DNA of 64,000 nucleotides from Veleropilina oligotropha (Eukaryota): NCBI GenBank assembly GCA_048128005.1, contig JBEUKZ010000074.1, positions 1 to 64,000 of the forward strand, read 5' to 3'. Shown piece by piece: positions 50,761 to 64,000 of this stretch (position 1 is its first letter; each line of letters starts with the position of its first letter). The notes under the pieces were generated by a model. It saw only the letters and a program-made list of their open reading frames with translations, ran no database searches and was not told where the DNA came from. The position numbers and the translations under genes were made by a program.

Positions 50761-53196
50761 AATGTGCCTATGTCTGCTTGGCATTCACATGCGCAGTGTG
50801 TATGTGCCTCGTTGATGTGTACTGTGTGACTGTTAATCATTAACATGTAGGCCTACGGTGTGTCTGCTCCTTGTTGACGTTTATTGCTAGTATATCTGCT
50901 CCGCATTCACATGTGCGTGTGTCTGTTTCTCGAACATGTGTACTGTGTGTTCGTTACTCGTTGACATATACTGTGTGCCTGTTCATCATTGACCTGTGTC
51001 TACTCCTCGTTGTTGTCTTGTACAGACCATCATCCTCATTAAAATGTGCAATATATTAAAATATGTTATTGTTCATGATCCTGCAATCACTCACAACGTA
51101 CGATATTCATACGATACCACATTTCAATTGCTTCTATTATTTTTGCTTAATGTCCAAACCCCAGTGCCAAAGAGTACCACATTGTCTACCATAGATTATA
51201 ATATTATCTCATAAGTTCTATGCTAATTTTCTCTATTGTTCTTAATGGATGCCATAATGTAATATTTAGTTCATATGCCTTATGATATACGATTTCGGTA
51301 AGTATTGATAATCATAGACATGCTTCCCCATTCATGCTAACAGTTATTGATGGCCATTGATCTCGTGCCATTCCATTACTGCAGTATCACTGGTAATGAT
51401 CATCACGTCGAACTGCGTGTAAGACGATGATTAAAGGAAGCATAGACATTATATCTTACCGATAACATTCGGTGAATGTGTTTACGTCAGTTCATTTGCC
51501 GTTCCATTAGCCATTTCAAAATTATTGCTCCAAAAATACCCATTGCGCAGCTTTAATGCATATTTTATTTTCCTTACGAAAAGAATGTCAGGAACTTTAT
51601 AGATTTTATAACATGTACATGTAATGAAGAAATATAAAAGTATTGTGCCACATTTACCGAAGATTGCAGTAAAGTGTATGTAATACATGGTTATTTGTTT
51701 CAATAAAAGAAGAAATGGCTGTTTCTTCAGATCTATATATTGCAAGACAAACGACACATTTATCAAATTATCATGCGGTGGTCTTGTCTGTCAGCGTTTA
51801 TATTTACAACGTTATTATTTCATAAATGTCTTTCTTGTTCCTTCAGCTATTATCAGAGAACGATAGTTTTTTTATATCGCCTTCACTACCTTGTGCGATC
51901 ATGCGATGTTGTATCTTCCTCAGGGGAGTGGGGGCAGGGTCAATGTCCCTGTATTTATCTTGAATTGATGTCAGCTTTAATGCATTTGCGTAACTGTATT
52001 ATGACATGGTTTGTCCAAATTACAACTGCACTATGACGCGTTTATTGCGCATACGGCTTATCAATCAATGTGTAATTATGTCGCGGCTGACTGTAATGGC
52101 TTAACCCATAGGATAAAGCCTTGATTAAGCTTAATAAACTATGGCACATAATCACCACTGCCAACGCTCATCTCCTCAAAATTGATTCCAGCCTCGCCAG
52201 ATGGATACAGATAAACTGAACAGGGGAGGCAGGATGGTTGACAAGGGAAATAATACAACGAATCGAGCAGTCATCGAAATCGACCCTAACCGCTAACGTT
52301 TTGGGAAGTCGTATCTGTCATGTTATTATGGTCCTAGGAAATATACGTTTCGAAAACGAGGTAAAAATACAGAAAAGAAAGTTAAACATGCAGTACGCTG
52401 GATTAATGGCCTCCTATTCGACAATAATCTTGATATTAAAGGATTTGTGAACACATAATATATCCTGGCTGATAATAATTATATCGTATATTTATTTATT
52501 CTCTTATTATTAGCGCCATGATTTAGATTATCAAAACATGGATACATAAGATCCTTCGCAAGTCACCCCGAAATTATCCGAACACTTATTAGGTGACGAC
52601 ACACTAGCCCTAATGCAATTGTTCCTGTTGAGTAACCAATTTTCGGACAATGATGTTGCCAACGAATTGAAAAGATTCCGAGTGGCCTGTCCATTGTGAC
52701 GTCAAATTCGACCCCTGACCTGAAAATATGACTATACTTGAGCTGATTGATTATTTCGCCAGGTCAACTAGACACTCGTGAAAGACTAACACAACAAATA
52801 CTATGATAGGAATATGCCGTATAGTGAAATTTCGCCTATATTATGAGTTTTGGTTCACAAATCCTTTAACTCAATTTGATTGCCGACATCATGTTTTTAA
52901 TTGTAGTACAAAAGAAAACATTCCATGAACAAACACCAGAATAAATATCTAGGCAGCTCAGTCTAATTACTAGACCGCCATTATATTCACGACATCAAAG
53001 ATCGTAACAAAGATATGACTCGAAGAGAACGCTTACTCTGATAGACATTACTATGCTTACTCTCATCATTACATTGATCCTCAATAATCATATTTATATA
53101 TGCATTTGCACTTGATGCCAATGATGATTCTGCATAAAGTACATTTAAGCTGAATGGTAACTTCAGTAATTTGAATATCATTTCAACGTTTGAGTA

Positions 53197-53278
53197 TTTT
53201 TATGTCTTGACCTTTTTGTAAAAAAGGACAAGACATTATCAAATGGTCCGTGTGTATATACTTATATACTTATACACT

Positions 53279-53312
<34 letters not shown>

Positions 53313-53665
53313 CCGTCGATTTATTTGAAAACTACCCGCTCAATTTTCACCAAAATTGGTACACACATTTCCAAGAGTATTTGTAGGTCGTGTATATAAC
53401 TTTCGCGACACAATTTTGCAAAAATATGCATTTATTGAGCACTTTTATCCATATTTGTATATAACGGATGTCTAATATTGCAAGCAAATGGCAATGACGT
53501 CATTACGACGTCGCCTTAGATTAATCGTCATTTGGTGACGTCACAATCGACGGGGTAGTAAATTAAGCCATGAAGTACTTGCACTTAGCCATTGTATTAA
53601 CTGTTATGAAAATTTGAGGGAAATAAAGAAAGGTCAAGACATATTTCGAACGCGTCGTTCTTGTT
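53197..53665 (+). mobile_element. Helentron-associated non-autonomous element (HINE/DINE-1-like)
   Basis: 5' subTIR ATGTCTTGACCTTT with a nearby inverted copy, microsatellite, 3' subTIR AAAGGTCAAGACAT, short palindrome GAACGCGTCGTTC, TTGTT end; second copy at 63379-63835. Confidence 0.8.
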
Positions 53666-53805
53666 ACGATTACCATCATGGTATACATTAAAACTTCAAA
53701 ATTCATGTTAGGAGTCTGAACCACATACAAAATATTTGGTAAGTAACACGTTCTCATAAATTGAATAATTGCAAATGCAAGAAAGGAAATACGTCAGGTT
53801 ACAAT

Positions 53806-54715
53806 ATAAGTTGTCGGCATTGCCCGAGGGGAATATGGGTCTATGTACCTGTTTGTGAGAATTTATTAACCGAGACGAAGTCGAGGTTAATAAATTCTCA
53901 CAAACGGTACATAGACCCATATTTCACGAGGGCTATGTCGATAACGAATTTATCTTACTTCAATATAATAAAATCAAGCCTTTTGAACAAGTTTCTTTTC
54001 CAACTTCGTAACTCCGTGAAAGAATCCATTTTATATATGCTATTGTTGTTACGAAAAAAACGCGTTCCTAAAATAATGTTTTCAGCTCTGCCGACGATCA
54101 TGTGTAAAACTCGTGTTCAATATAAAAAATATTCCTTCCGTTATAACTGTGATATTTTAGCATAATTGGCATGATTATTGAAAAATACACAAAGTATGTT
54201 TGTGGCAAATACATCCATACCAATATACATTATATAAAATATTGAATATATTCTGACGCGCCCATTAGAATGAAATAATAATGCTTAGCAACCGTCACTC
54301 TCCAGGCAGAGAAATTAAAAATATTCCGTACAGCACGATAAAGAAATGACGTCTCTGCGCAGGAGAATAATAGGAAGTCGAAGTAAACACCCAAATTAGC
54401 TAAATAAGGATAATTGGATATTCATTTTACATGAAAATGTCAAAAGTGTAAACCGTTACGACTATAAAATGAAATTGATGCAAAATTTTCGAAACGATGG
54501 ACGACTCCAAGACTTAACATTTGCATTGATGTTTTGGCAGACGACATGTTCACAATTATCTCCGTTGTCTTCGAGGGCGCTCCGAATCACAATAGTACAC
54601 ACTACTACGTAAGGTATAAATAATTCATATACCCCGCCTGGGTGGGGAATACGGTAATTGTCGAAGGAACGTTAACCAATCAGATTGCAGTATTAAGAGC
54701 TAAAGTAAGATAAAT
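53806..54715 (+). repeat. Hairpin-headed element, family H3
   Basis: ~140-bp palindrome centred on CCGAGACGAAGTCGAGG; ATTTATCTTACTT (53948) is inverted at AAGTAAGATAAAT (54703-54715); CCAATCAGA near the 3' end. Confidence 0.7.
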
Positions 54716-56239
54716 GCAGATAACACCGGACTGATTTGATTCTATGCTTGTTGTCCTATTCAATGCCCATAGTAAGACAAATTTTGGCGGACATGATCCA
54801 GACAATCTGGAAAACGGGCACGCATTGACCAGCTATGGACAAGAGTTGAACCACGTATGCGAGCTCACTCAGGTCAATCAAGGCAGTCATGCAAGTGAAT
54901 TGGGAGCCACGAGAATTAAATTAAAAAGTTCATAAAATATGGATAAAATGAAATTGTTATAGTGAAAATGTAGACAAATGATACTAATTGTTCTGATATA
55001 TAGACAATACTTATGGAACAGGTGATATACCCATATGCGACAATCTAGAGAAGATAGTGTTACCATTTGGTGTGCGTTTAATGTTCCGATATGGTAAATT
55101 TACTAATTCTCGTTTATTATTAATCTTTTCGTTTGTAGTCGATTAATTGTTTCTCAGCCATTTTCCATTAAACAACACGATTGGTAATCTTATCGCACTG
55201 TTGCTAACTGTGTTCTTAATGCTTACCAAGCAGGTAAATTCCAATGTCTACGGTGAGATTTGGAATTATGCCACTATTGATATTGCAAGCTTGGTATACG
55301 GGACATATCTGATATATTATCGGGATTGGATACATCGCATTTAATGACTCTTCGCAAATGTATTAGAACTACTTTGATATGTAATCCCATGGGCAGTATG
55401 TCGTAATAATAGAGGCCATATTTCCTGCCATTGAAAATTGAATAAAACCATGCATGCAAATCAGGTGTTCTTTTTAATCAACACCGAGCACGCAAACTCC
55501 TCGCATATGAACCTCGTGGCGCTGTGTGGCTGCCGTCATTATGAGGCGCGGTTGTCTTATGCGCACGCAATAAGAAACAGAGCACGCTGAATGCTCGCTC
55601 AAAGCTGACATTCCATATACGCGGCAATGCGGCAACGGCAACGGCATCCGTAAAAGATCGAAATGGATATTTAATGAAGGAGAGATTCCATATATGCGTC
55701 AACGGCAAGCGGCAACGGCATGAGGCAAAACGATGCCGTTACCGCAGGGTTACCAGACGGGGAATTCCACAATATGACGTAATATAAGGGCTTCACCAGT
55801 CTTTCGGTGTCAAATTAAATCAACAACAGAATCTGATAACAGTTTTTTTCTCACTTTTCTCACTTTCACACTCTACGCATACTCCCTTGTCCCAACTGTG
55901 TTCACTTGGCTATGGATTATATAAGAACAACAATGAAATTGGCGAATGGCATGTATTTGCAAGTTGATATTTTGTTATTTTTTTTATATGAAAGCGTTAT
56001 CCGGAACATTTACAAGTTTTCACGATGTTAAGCAAGAGAAATGTAGGACTATATGTCACAATATTTATCTTTTTCATCAATGATTTCATATGTTGAACTA
56101 CCGGTATGTTCCCAGCGATAATGATATTAGTAATCTATAGTCACGATATTTTTTTATTTTCGCTACTACTTGGTGATGAAGAACTAAGTACTTTTTAGAA
56201 TTTGACCAGCCGTTGTCGCGTTGTGTTTACAGTGTATAT

Positions 56240-56465
56240 GAAAAGGAAAGGATAGATGTTCAATGTCCTGTATATATTTCCAACCATCATTTGGCTCAAA
56301 GCAGATCATGTCCATATTGTCGCGGGAGGAAAGCCCGGGGGAACCTGTCCTCTTCGACCAGTTTTGGACAACTGTGATAACTAAACTTGAACAAATAATG
56401 CCGTCCCAATCAGTGATATTTCGGAGTTCACAACAGAACCCACACAACTACTGCTGTCGTCGTGG
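56240..56465 (-). mobile_element. SINE family S1 copy (internally deleted)
   Basis: Matches 11054-11311 in the same orientation. Confidence 0.75.
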
Positions 56466-56718
56466 CCTCGGGTTAAATTAAAAATACCAAAATGCACTCT
56501 TTGTAATTATAATAACAATATATTTTCAGCGAACGCCGCATGAAGTTATGACTTCACATATTTAAGTCTCTTTGTGGCAAAAGTTACCAAATGTTAACTT
56601 TCTAGGTATGGACATTTGACATTAATCAATATGGATATAGCAACTAAACGTCCCTAATGTTTGCTTTCTGCTATGAAATAGATCAATAATTAACTTTGCG
56701 GCGTGTTTAACTAAGATA

Positions 56719-56923
56719 GGGGGCAGCATGGCCGAGTGGATACGATGCTGGTCTACTAAACGGGAGGTCACGGGTTCAAACCCCGGGAGTGCCGGGATTT
56801 TTCCAATGATCGCTGCCTCCATTGCACACAGCACCAATTCATCTCATCCTTCAAAGTTGATTGACCCGATTTATAACTGAATTACTGTTGGCGTGGTCGT
56901 TAAACATCAATTCATCATCATCA
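56719..56923 (+). mobile_element. tRNA-derived SINE, family S2
   Basis: A-box TGGCCGAGTGG, B-box GGTTCAAACCC, (CAT)n tail; perfect 12-bp TSD TTAACTAAGATA at 56707-56718 and 56924-56935. Confidence 0.9.
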
Positions 56924-57639
56924 TTAACTAAGATATAATGCTGATGATACAGATCTATGAAAGCAAACAATGAAATATATTATCAGCAAAATGGCGCCAT
57001 CATGTGATAAAGTCCCTTTAACAGGCGGTTATTGCCTTGTTGCAGCACGGCGAATTAGTGATATCGCAAGGTCATGTTATTTTTATCCGGGGGCATGTTC
57101 ATCCACCTGCTAATATCCAGAGTCTGGCTTATGAAATTAATAAGTCATGATAATATGCATCTATCCAGACAGGTAATTTAGAAAGTGCGCAGCATAATGT
57201 GTTATGCATTTTTAATTATTCTCATTAAGTCTGATATATTATCGCCAATCCATATGACACCAAACTTGAGTTAATATGTAATGAGATAGATTTCCCACGT
57301 GCTAATTTGGTCAACTTACTATAGCAGGTTATAAAACAATAGTGACGGAGCGATTCTATACATCGGCGATTTACTCAATACGGGCAGAAATATGGATAAT
57401 TCATGTCCGGGCCTGTTATTTTGTAATGGATGGGTATCAGGAAACATATTTTCCATTTAAACATGGCCTGAGTCATGTTCTATCTAATATTAAATTCTCA
57501 ATGGTATGCTTTGTCTCATTTTTTGTTATTTCATGTTTAAATGATGATTTTTACCTACATTTATCAATGTCCGAAATCAGGGTGTTAAACTTCTTTGTCA
57601 AATTTGTCAGCAGTTTTCCATAAATTATTATTCATTATT

Positions 57640-58510
57640 ACTAGTAATATGATAACGTAGCCTAAAAATCCCATTCCGAAATCTCCATTTTGAAAAAAAA
57701 ACCCCAGTCTTTGTTGATGTCCGAGCAAATTACCTCCACTCTGTTACCATCAATATAGAGGCTCCTCCCATGAAGAAGACTTGTTACTCAGAGATATGGT
57801 CCATTCAAAAAGAATGTTTGTGTAAACCCCAAAGCTATCATTCATTGCACATGGCAATGTCAACTTCTTGTCTTAAATATTGTCCAGTACATGTGATGAA
57901 TCAGATGAGTACGCTTTTTAATCTCCACTCCGTTACCTTCATTAGTTACCATGGAAACATAGAACAAACATTTTAAAGGTCATTGATACATTAGTGAAAT
58001 ATGGCTTCACGCATCAGAACAGGAATTTTCAAATTATTTCCAAGTGTATGATGGCTACTACCCATTTTCATGAAAAAATATTCCACTCCGTTACCATTTT
58101 ACCTCCACTCCGTTACCATTTCTTATAACGAAGTGGAGTGAAGGAGCATCGGAATGGAAATTATCGCCATAATTCTATTTTATGTTAAGTAAAACACTCT
58201 TTTACAGTATAATATATGATTATGAATATTTTAGTTGTGCAAAATAGTGTTTACAAGTTCTCCTTTTCCACTCCGTTACCAATTTTTCCACTCTGTTACC
58301 AATTTTTCCACTCCGTTACATTTTGTCAATATATTTCAGTTATATCTTAAAAGATTAAAAGCTGATGAACTACTTCTTGACTTCTATATTGGTAAGAATA
58401 CCATTAGATGGAAGTCTGTGAAGATTGTAGAGGCATTTTGATTTGCACAACATCACAAAACTTCATGTTTTCTAAATGGTAACGGAGTGGAAAACTCATG
58501 CCGGTAGACC
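57640..58510. repeat. Probable DNA-transposon relic with many CCACTCCGTTACC motifs
   Basis: Motif repeated about eight times directly and inverted at ~58478-58490; termini not resolved. Confidence 0.45.
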
Positions 58511-58959
58511 ATAACATCATCGTCCGAATAAAAAATGGAGGAAATCAGCTCTGTTTATATATCAGTTTTACACTATAGGGCCTACCCTGTCTACCGTAAA
58601 AAATTAAGTGTGATACAGCAACTTTTTTTTCTGAGATTTTAAACACCTTCATTTCTGCCTGTATTGAGAAAATCACCCATATATATTATACCAATGTTAT
58701 GTCTTGTTGCCATTGAACGATATACTATTGCGCTTCCGAATAAGAGTAATTTCATGCACGATCTGCCCGGAGAAGTATGGAAGTTTGCATTTTGTGTTTT
58801 TCATTTAAGAAGAACAGTCGGTAAATCCATGAAAGACTGCAATGAGCCTGCCTTGAGGATCAATTGGGGGGGGGGGGGGCATGCGACTTTGAGACATTTG
58901 GTTGCAAATCTATGCGAAAATACGCCAGAGTATGATATAAATCAGTCTAACAATAGTGC

Positions 58960-60590
58960 ACGTGGTTTTCAGTTAATCCCCAGTCACGGATGGTCCCGGT
59001 TAACCCCGCAGCCTGCTCCGTGGCTATCCGAGTTTTGTCAGTAGTCAGACCGTAGTTATACCTTGACGAATTCTGGTGATCCTGCATGGTTCTTAGGTAG
59101 CCCTGTATATTTTAAAACTGTTCTAAAAATCCGTGGAAATCCAGAATGATCCTTGGAACAAGGTTGTGATCCGGTGATAGTACGGTATCACTACGGAAAC
59201 CTCAGATCTATTACGGCGGCCATTGGCGTGCATACGGTGAATGCCAGATCCACTACAACTACCTCAGGGCGCCAATGCGGCGGCCACGGGTTGTCAAGGT
59301 GTCATCAAGAACTATGAAGGGTTATCAGGTTGTTACTACGGCGGTCACCGTGGCGTCAAAGATGTTCACGGTGGTCCCGGAGTGTCACGGTGCGGGTATT
59401 TATAGGAGGGATATCTGTTCTGAATTAATTTCGCTAGTAGATGCGAAAGGATCACATCATGATTCAATTAATGATCTGCAACCTGATGAAATGGAAACTC
59501 CAGTTGAACAGAGGGCATGCCGAGAACAACATGACCAGAGTGATTCTCCGAAGAAAAAATGTGACGCAGAGAAGACGAAGAACCATGTGGGTTCGGTTCT
59601 GGATCCGTAGTCGACCGAGACTAGGGCAGTACGCCCGTCTCATGAGAAGATGGATGACATGAAATTGCTCGTGGGTTGGATCGAGATATTACAACTACAA
59701 AGGGTTCCATTCCATCGTCCTGGTGACCCTGGTGAACAAAGACTTCGAGTTCACCTGGGAGGATGTTGGTGCCAACGGATATGCCTGTGATGCCCAAGTT
59801 TTAAACAACTCCGAGCTGAAAGACGCAATCTAAGACGACCCCACCAGCTCTCCCAAATTAGAAAAATAGCTGGTGATGGCAAAAAACTTGCCATACTTCC
59901 TCTGTTATTCACTATGAGGACATGGCTGATGAACTAGCCCAAGCCTCTTGAACCTTGGCCTTTTGATATTGTTTGGGTGATTTTCGGATTTCCTTAATCG
60001 CTTTGGTATAGAGTAGTTGGTTCTCCTTCACCCAGTCCTTGGGGTTAATCTCCTGGTTTCGGTGAGATTGGTCGGTGGTTTCTTTCTCTTCTACGATGGC
60101 TCCAAATGGATGGGAGCATCCGAGGGTTGCAAGGAAGTCCCGGCCTCGGGCTCCTCCGTATCAGAAGGCTCCGGAGTGTCAGCCTTCTTGTAGACCACCA
60201 CAAGAGTAGCAGCAGGGACGGCCTTCTTAATCGCCGATGGCATGTTGTTTGTCTGAATTCTGCAGCAGTTATGATCTACCGCTTGGGTATCACGTGACCG
60301 TCCGGGGTCGTCCGTAGCAACACCGTAATGCTACCGGGACGATTGTGGCAGCACCGCAGTGCTTACGTAACGCCACCGAACCTTGACCATCCGTAACTCG
60401 ACACCGTGAGCAATGTCTTGACACGGTGTTGAATCCGGTATGTTACCTACAACGGTCTACCACGGACCACCGTAGTCATACCGTAGCCATACCGTACTGG
60501 CACCACCATGTTCCTTGCAAAATAATTAATCTGTTTCACGGACGGCCCCGTTGGTGAACCCGGATCCTCCGGGTGCATGCTTAACCATTC
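58960..60590 (+). mobile_element. Deleted PIF/Harbinger transposon: transposase remnants (+) and convergent Myb/MADF-like remnant (-)
   Basis: RRRRTMWVRFWIRSRPRLGQYARLM (~59570-59645) and YYNYKGFHSIVLVTLVNKDFEFTWEDVGANGYACDAQVLNNSELK (~59687-59822) are Harbinger DDE transposase motifs; minus-strand WVKENQLLY near 60030; CCGT/ACGG-rich ends. Boundaries are approximate. Confidence 0.75.
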
Positions 60591-60593
60591 TTA

Positions 60594-60774
60594 AGCCCAG
60601 TTCTCACCTTCACACCGTAGCATGCACAAAATTTTGACCGCTTTCTACGGTCCTTCCCGGTGAACGTCGGAATAGTACGGTCACTCTCGGATCAATCTAC
60701 GACGCTTTACGAATCATTTCGGATGGCCACGGTGAGCTGAAAGTAGTGCGAACCGTGCAGGTGAGAACTGGGCT
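60594..60774. mobile_element. Harbinger-type MITE
   Basis: TIR AGCCCAGTTCTCACCT / AGGTGAGAACTGGGCT; TTA TSD at 60591-60593 and 60775-60777. Confidence 0.88.
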
Positions 60775-63378
60775 TTAGTTCATCCTTGATATATGCGACT
60801 GTGGCATTATGGGCAACAATACATAGACGCGCGCCTTTATATTGAGGTGGGATTGGGAAGGTGGTGAACATGTATATGTTTACCTATGCACAGATTTACA
60901 AACTATATATAGTATTGCGGATGACATTTCTTAGAATCTGTGCGTACCAAATACATATAAAAAGCGTGATAAAATGTATTTTGTGAATTCAATAAAACAT
61001 AGTACATATTTATATTATGCGATAAGAGAATACCCATATTTATTTATCTGTTTGTGGATACTAATATTGTCCTTATCTAAAACACCATCGCAACCGAATG
61101 TCCTGATTATATATTTGCATGCCGTGTACGGATGCAAATAGTCAACCGATCTCGAATGCAAAGATATATTCATCCTTTGTATCGATTATTTGTTACGAAT
61201 TAGTTTTTCTAAAGAGAATTATTATTTTCTCTTGTCTATTGCTGTCCTATTTCGTTTGACAGAATTCCGTTAAAAGCAACGTTATCTTCATCTCAGCTGT
61301 CACGTGATAGGCATCCATTAGCGCTCTTTCGCCACTTTAGGTCTACTTCGCATTTTGTTTATTAATCATTTGGGGTTCGTTTCGTGTCTTGAATGTCCTA
61401 TTTAAATGGAACTCTTTGTTTCGTGATCCTATAGTTTCGCGAGAAGGTAATTGATTTAAGTCTGGGAGATGCGTTATTTTCACGAAGTCTTCCATTAACA
61501 CCTGATAAATGTACGTGAAGTAATTTGTCTTGTAACACCCGATTAACACAATGGTGTTTTACATATTGCGCAATAAGTGCAGGTTAATCTTAAGGAATTG
61601 GCTCATTGATTTGGGAACCATATGCCAAGTCTACATTGCCCTGTAATTATGTGACGTTAGCGACCATGTAGTGGCACGTATGGAAAAATATTTAAAATTT
61701 GCGCAGTCGATTTTTCGAACGCATCCCTGTGAAACAGAGTAAACAAGCGATTGAATTGGAAGCCTTGAGCTTATTCAGTTGACTACCGGGTGGCCCATAT
61801 CAATTAAAGGATGATCCTTTCGTAGAAGAATGTTGTATTCAACCATTTATTTTACCTTTGGGAATCAAATTTAGGTAGCCTATTAAATCCGACACATAAC
61901 TATAGATTTTATGCATATACACCACCCCTCCGATACTAGAGAATGCCGTATAATTACCATATTTCGTACATATTTCATGAACATATGATATTGTCTTACC
62001 AATAACGATCCGCGCTCTTTATGCGGTATGCTGTTATTGCCCCCTGGAGATGGTTTTCCTAATGACAGAACTTGCTAATTTCACATTATTGGAAATTCTT
62101 CATTCTTTATTTATTTCGTACAATGAATATTTCTTAGGTACGGTATTCTCTGAAGACGGGGCTCCCTGATTGAGTACGTGTATCTTCCGAATGTTTTGAC
62201 TGTTATTGACATGGGATTTAGCCAGCATATTTATCATAAGCGATTAGCACCGATAGTGGAATTGATACCAGCGCAGCAGAGGTACCTTATGATCTGTTGA
62301 TAATGATGATGGATCAAAGTAGACTGCATCAGGGATACCACGAGGTCAATAGTGCGGCTCGCTATCTACCAGTGAACATCGATATTGTCTTACCAATAAC
62401 GATCCGCGCACTATATATCGATGCGTAATGTTTCCTTTTCTTGTTCACACAAAGACATGTTCATATTATCAATGGAGAAAAGTCCTGTCGTCCGGGAAAA
62501 TTCCCTCTCACCGTCCAGTTACGGTCAAATGTGAGCGCCAACTGAACGAATATGTACCTCCGAGGATTCAAACACCCTCCCGTTAGACACAGCAGGGAAG
62601 CAAAGGAATTGATAGCCCGCCCACTAATCCATCTCTGTGTACCCCCTCCCGTTAGACAGAGCAGGCAAGCAAGGGAATTCATAAATAAACAATTTTAAAT
62701 ACAGGAATATTTTCTGCATTAAAGCAGGCATTTTCAACATATGTTGTTGTCAGGTCTGTTGCTTGTAGCTGTAATGTATATATATATGGCCATATTTGCA
62801 TCTATTTATACTGATTATCGCTTTCGAAGCTAGCAGAATTAAACTACTAATATATTCAATATACCTGTTGGTGGCTATTATCGTTGGATTCGTCGTTACT
62901 AATGTACGTAAAAGCTGAAAATTGTGAAAGATTAATGTTGTGCCCTCTGAGGATTTCTCTAGATTTTCGTTATTGCGACGTAAGTATTGATTATTTCCCC
63001 AGAAATTTAATTCGCCATTAACAATCAAAACGACAACACGATGAAGCTCTTTTCAGGTTTCATGTTATTGATATACAGTACTCGGTTAATTTACATGCAC
63101 GTGGTCGGTGTAAGGTTACAACTACGCTTGGTGAATTGTTCAACTGTTAAAAATCACCCGGGTCATTTTCGGTGGTACCAGAAAACGTGGGGTAACATTT
63201 TAAAAGTTGAATGTCTACCAAGTAAATAGTCATAGATACCAGTGATACAACCGAAAAACATTGCGATAAAAAGGTACACCATTTAATATATATCATTATG
63301 TAAACAAGACAATCAAGGATTGCAAACCCGCGTTAGAACAGAACATAATACATTAATATCATCGAATTCCGAAAGTTA

Positions 63379-63835
63379 AACAAGAACGACGCGTTCGAAA
63401 TATGTCTTGACCTTTCTTTATTTCCTTCAAATTTTCATAACAGTTATAACGTTACAATGGCTATATAAGTGCAAGCTTTCATGGCTTAATTTACTACCCC
63501 GTCGATTGTGACGTCACCAAATGACGATTAATCTAAAGCGACGTCGTAATGACGTCATTGCTCTTTGCTTGCAATATTAGACATACGCTATATACAAATA
63601 TGCATAAGTGCCTAATAAATGCATATTTTTGCAAAATTATGTCGCGAAAGTTATATACACGACCTACAAATAATCTTGGGAATGTGTGTACCAATTTTCA
63701 GGATATTGGTTCAGTAGTTTTCGAGAAAATCAGCGGATATATATAAGTATATAAGTATATATGTGTATATGTATATGCACACGGACCATTTGATAATGTC
63801 TTGTCCTTTTTTACAAAAAAGTCAAGACATAAAAA
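63379..63835 (-). mobile_element. HINE/DINE-1-like element, inverted second copy
   Basis: Reverse complement of 53197-53665. Confidence 0.8.
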
Positions 63836-64000
63836 TGTGACCTATTTCATCACAGTTACCCTCCCCAGACAGCCATCAATGTATAGGTCCTAGATAACTC
63901 ACCAATCCATTGTCCAATGAGTTCAAGAACATGTTGTCGGGACAATAAAAACTCTTGTTGAGAGAATTATACAATTATCGATTTTTGCGGTGGCGAATAT

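Noticed and set aside
49129..50846. Overlapping 110-260-aa repetitive ORFs on both strands
   Set aside because: Produced by 21- and 27-bp minisatellite units; no independent coding evidence.
56719..56795. Possible tRNA gene
   Set aside because: No convincing acceptor stem; it continues into a SINE body with a tail and a 12-bp TSD.

Overview
AT-rich, repeat-dense eukaryotic DNA, probably from a marine invertebrate; no host protein-coding gene is recognisable. The centrepiece is a full-length endogenous Polinton/Maverick (adintovirus-like) element at 14148-41926. It has AGTAGT...ACTACT ends, ~1.42-kb terminal inverted repeats (TIRs) and a 6-bp TSD (ATAAAT/ATAAAG). It encodes an integrase-chromodomain, minor and major capsid proteins, an A32-like packaging ATPase, small core-type proteins and a protein-primed PolB. 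Accessory genes are a tandem PC4 protein, a two-finger C2H2 protein and a toxin/RNase-like ORF that lies antisense within a predicted 5'-UTR intron of polB. No maturation protease gene was found. The copy is decayed by frameshifts and stops and hosts three nested elements: a CR1/L2-type LINE splitting the integrase, a complete Ngaro-type tyrosine-recombinase retrotransposon and a Tc1/mariner-type MITE. The flanks carry a full-length PHD-APE-RT LINE, other LINE relics, two tRNA-derived SINE families, Harbinger elements, Helentron-like HINEs, hairpin-headed repeats, minisatellites and a ~0.93-kb (TA)n tract. All calls were made by eye from motifs and repeats; no database search was run.
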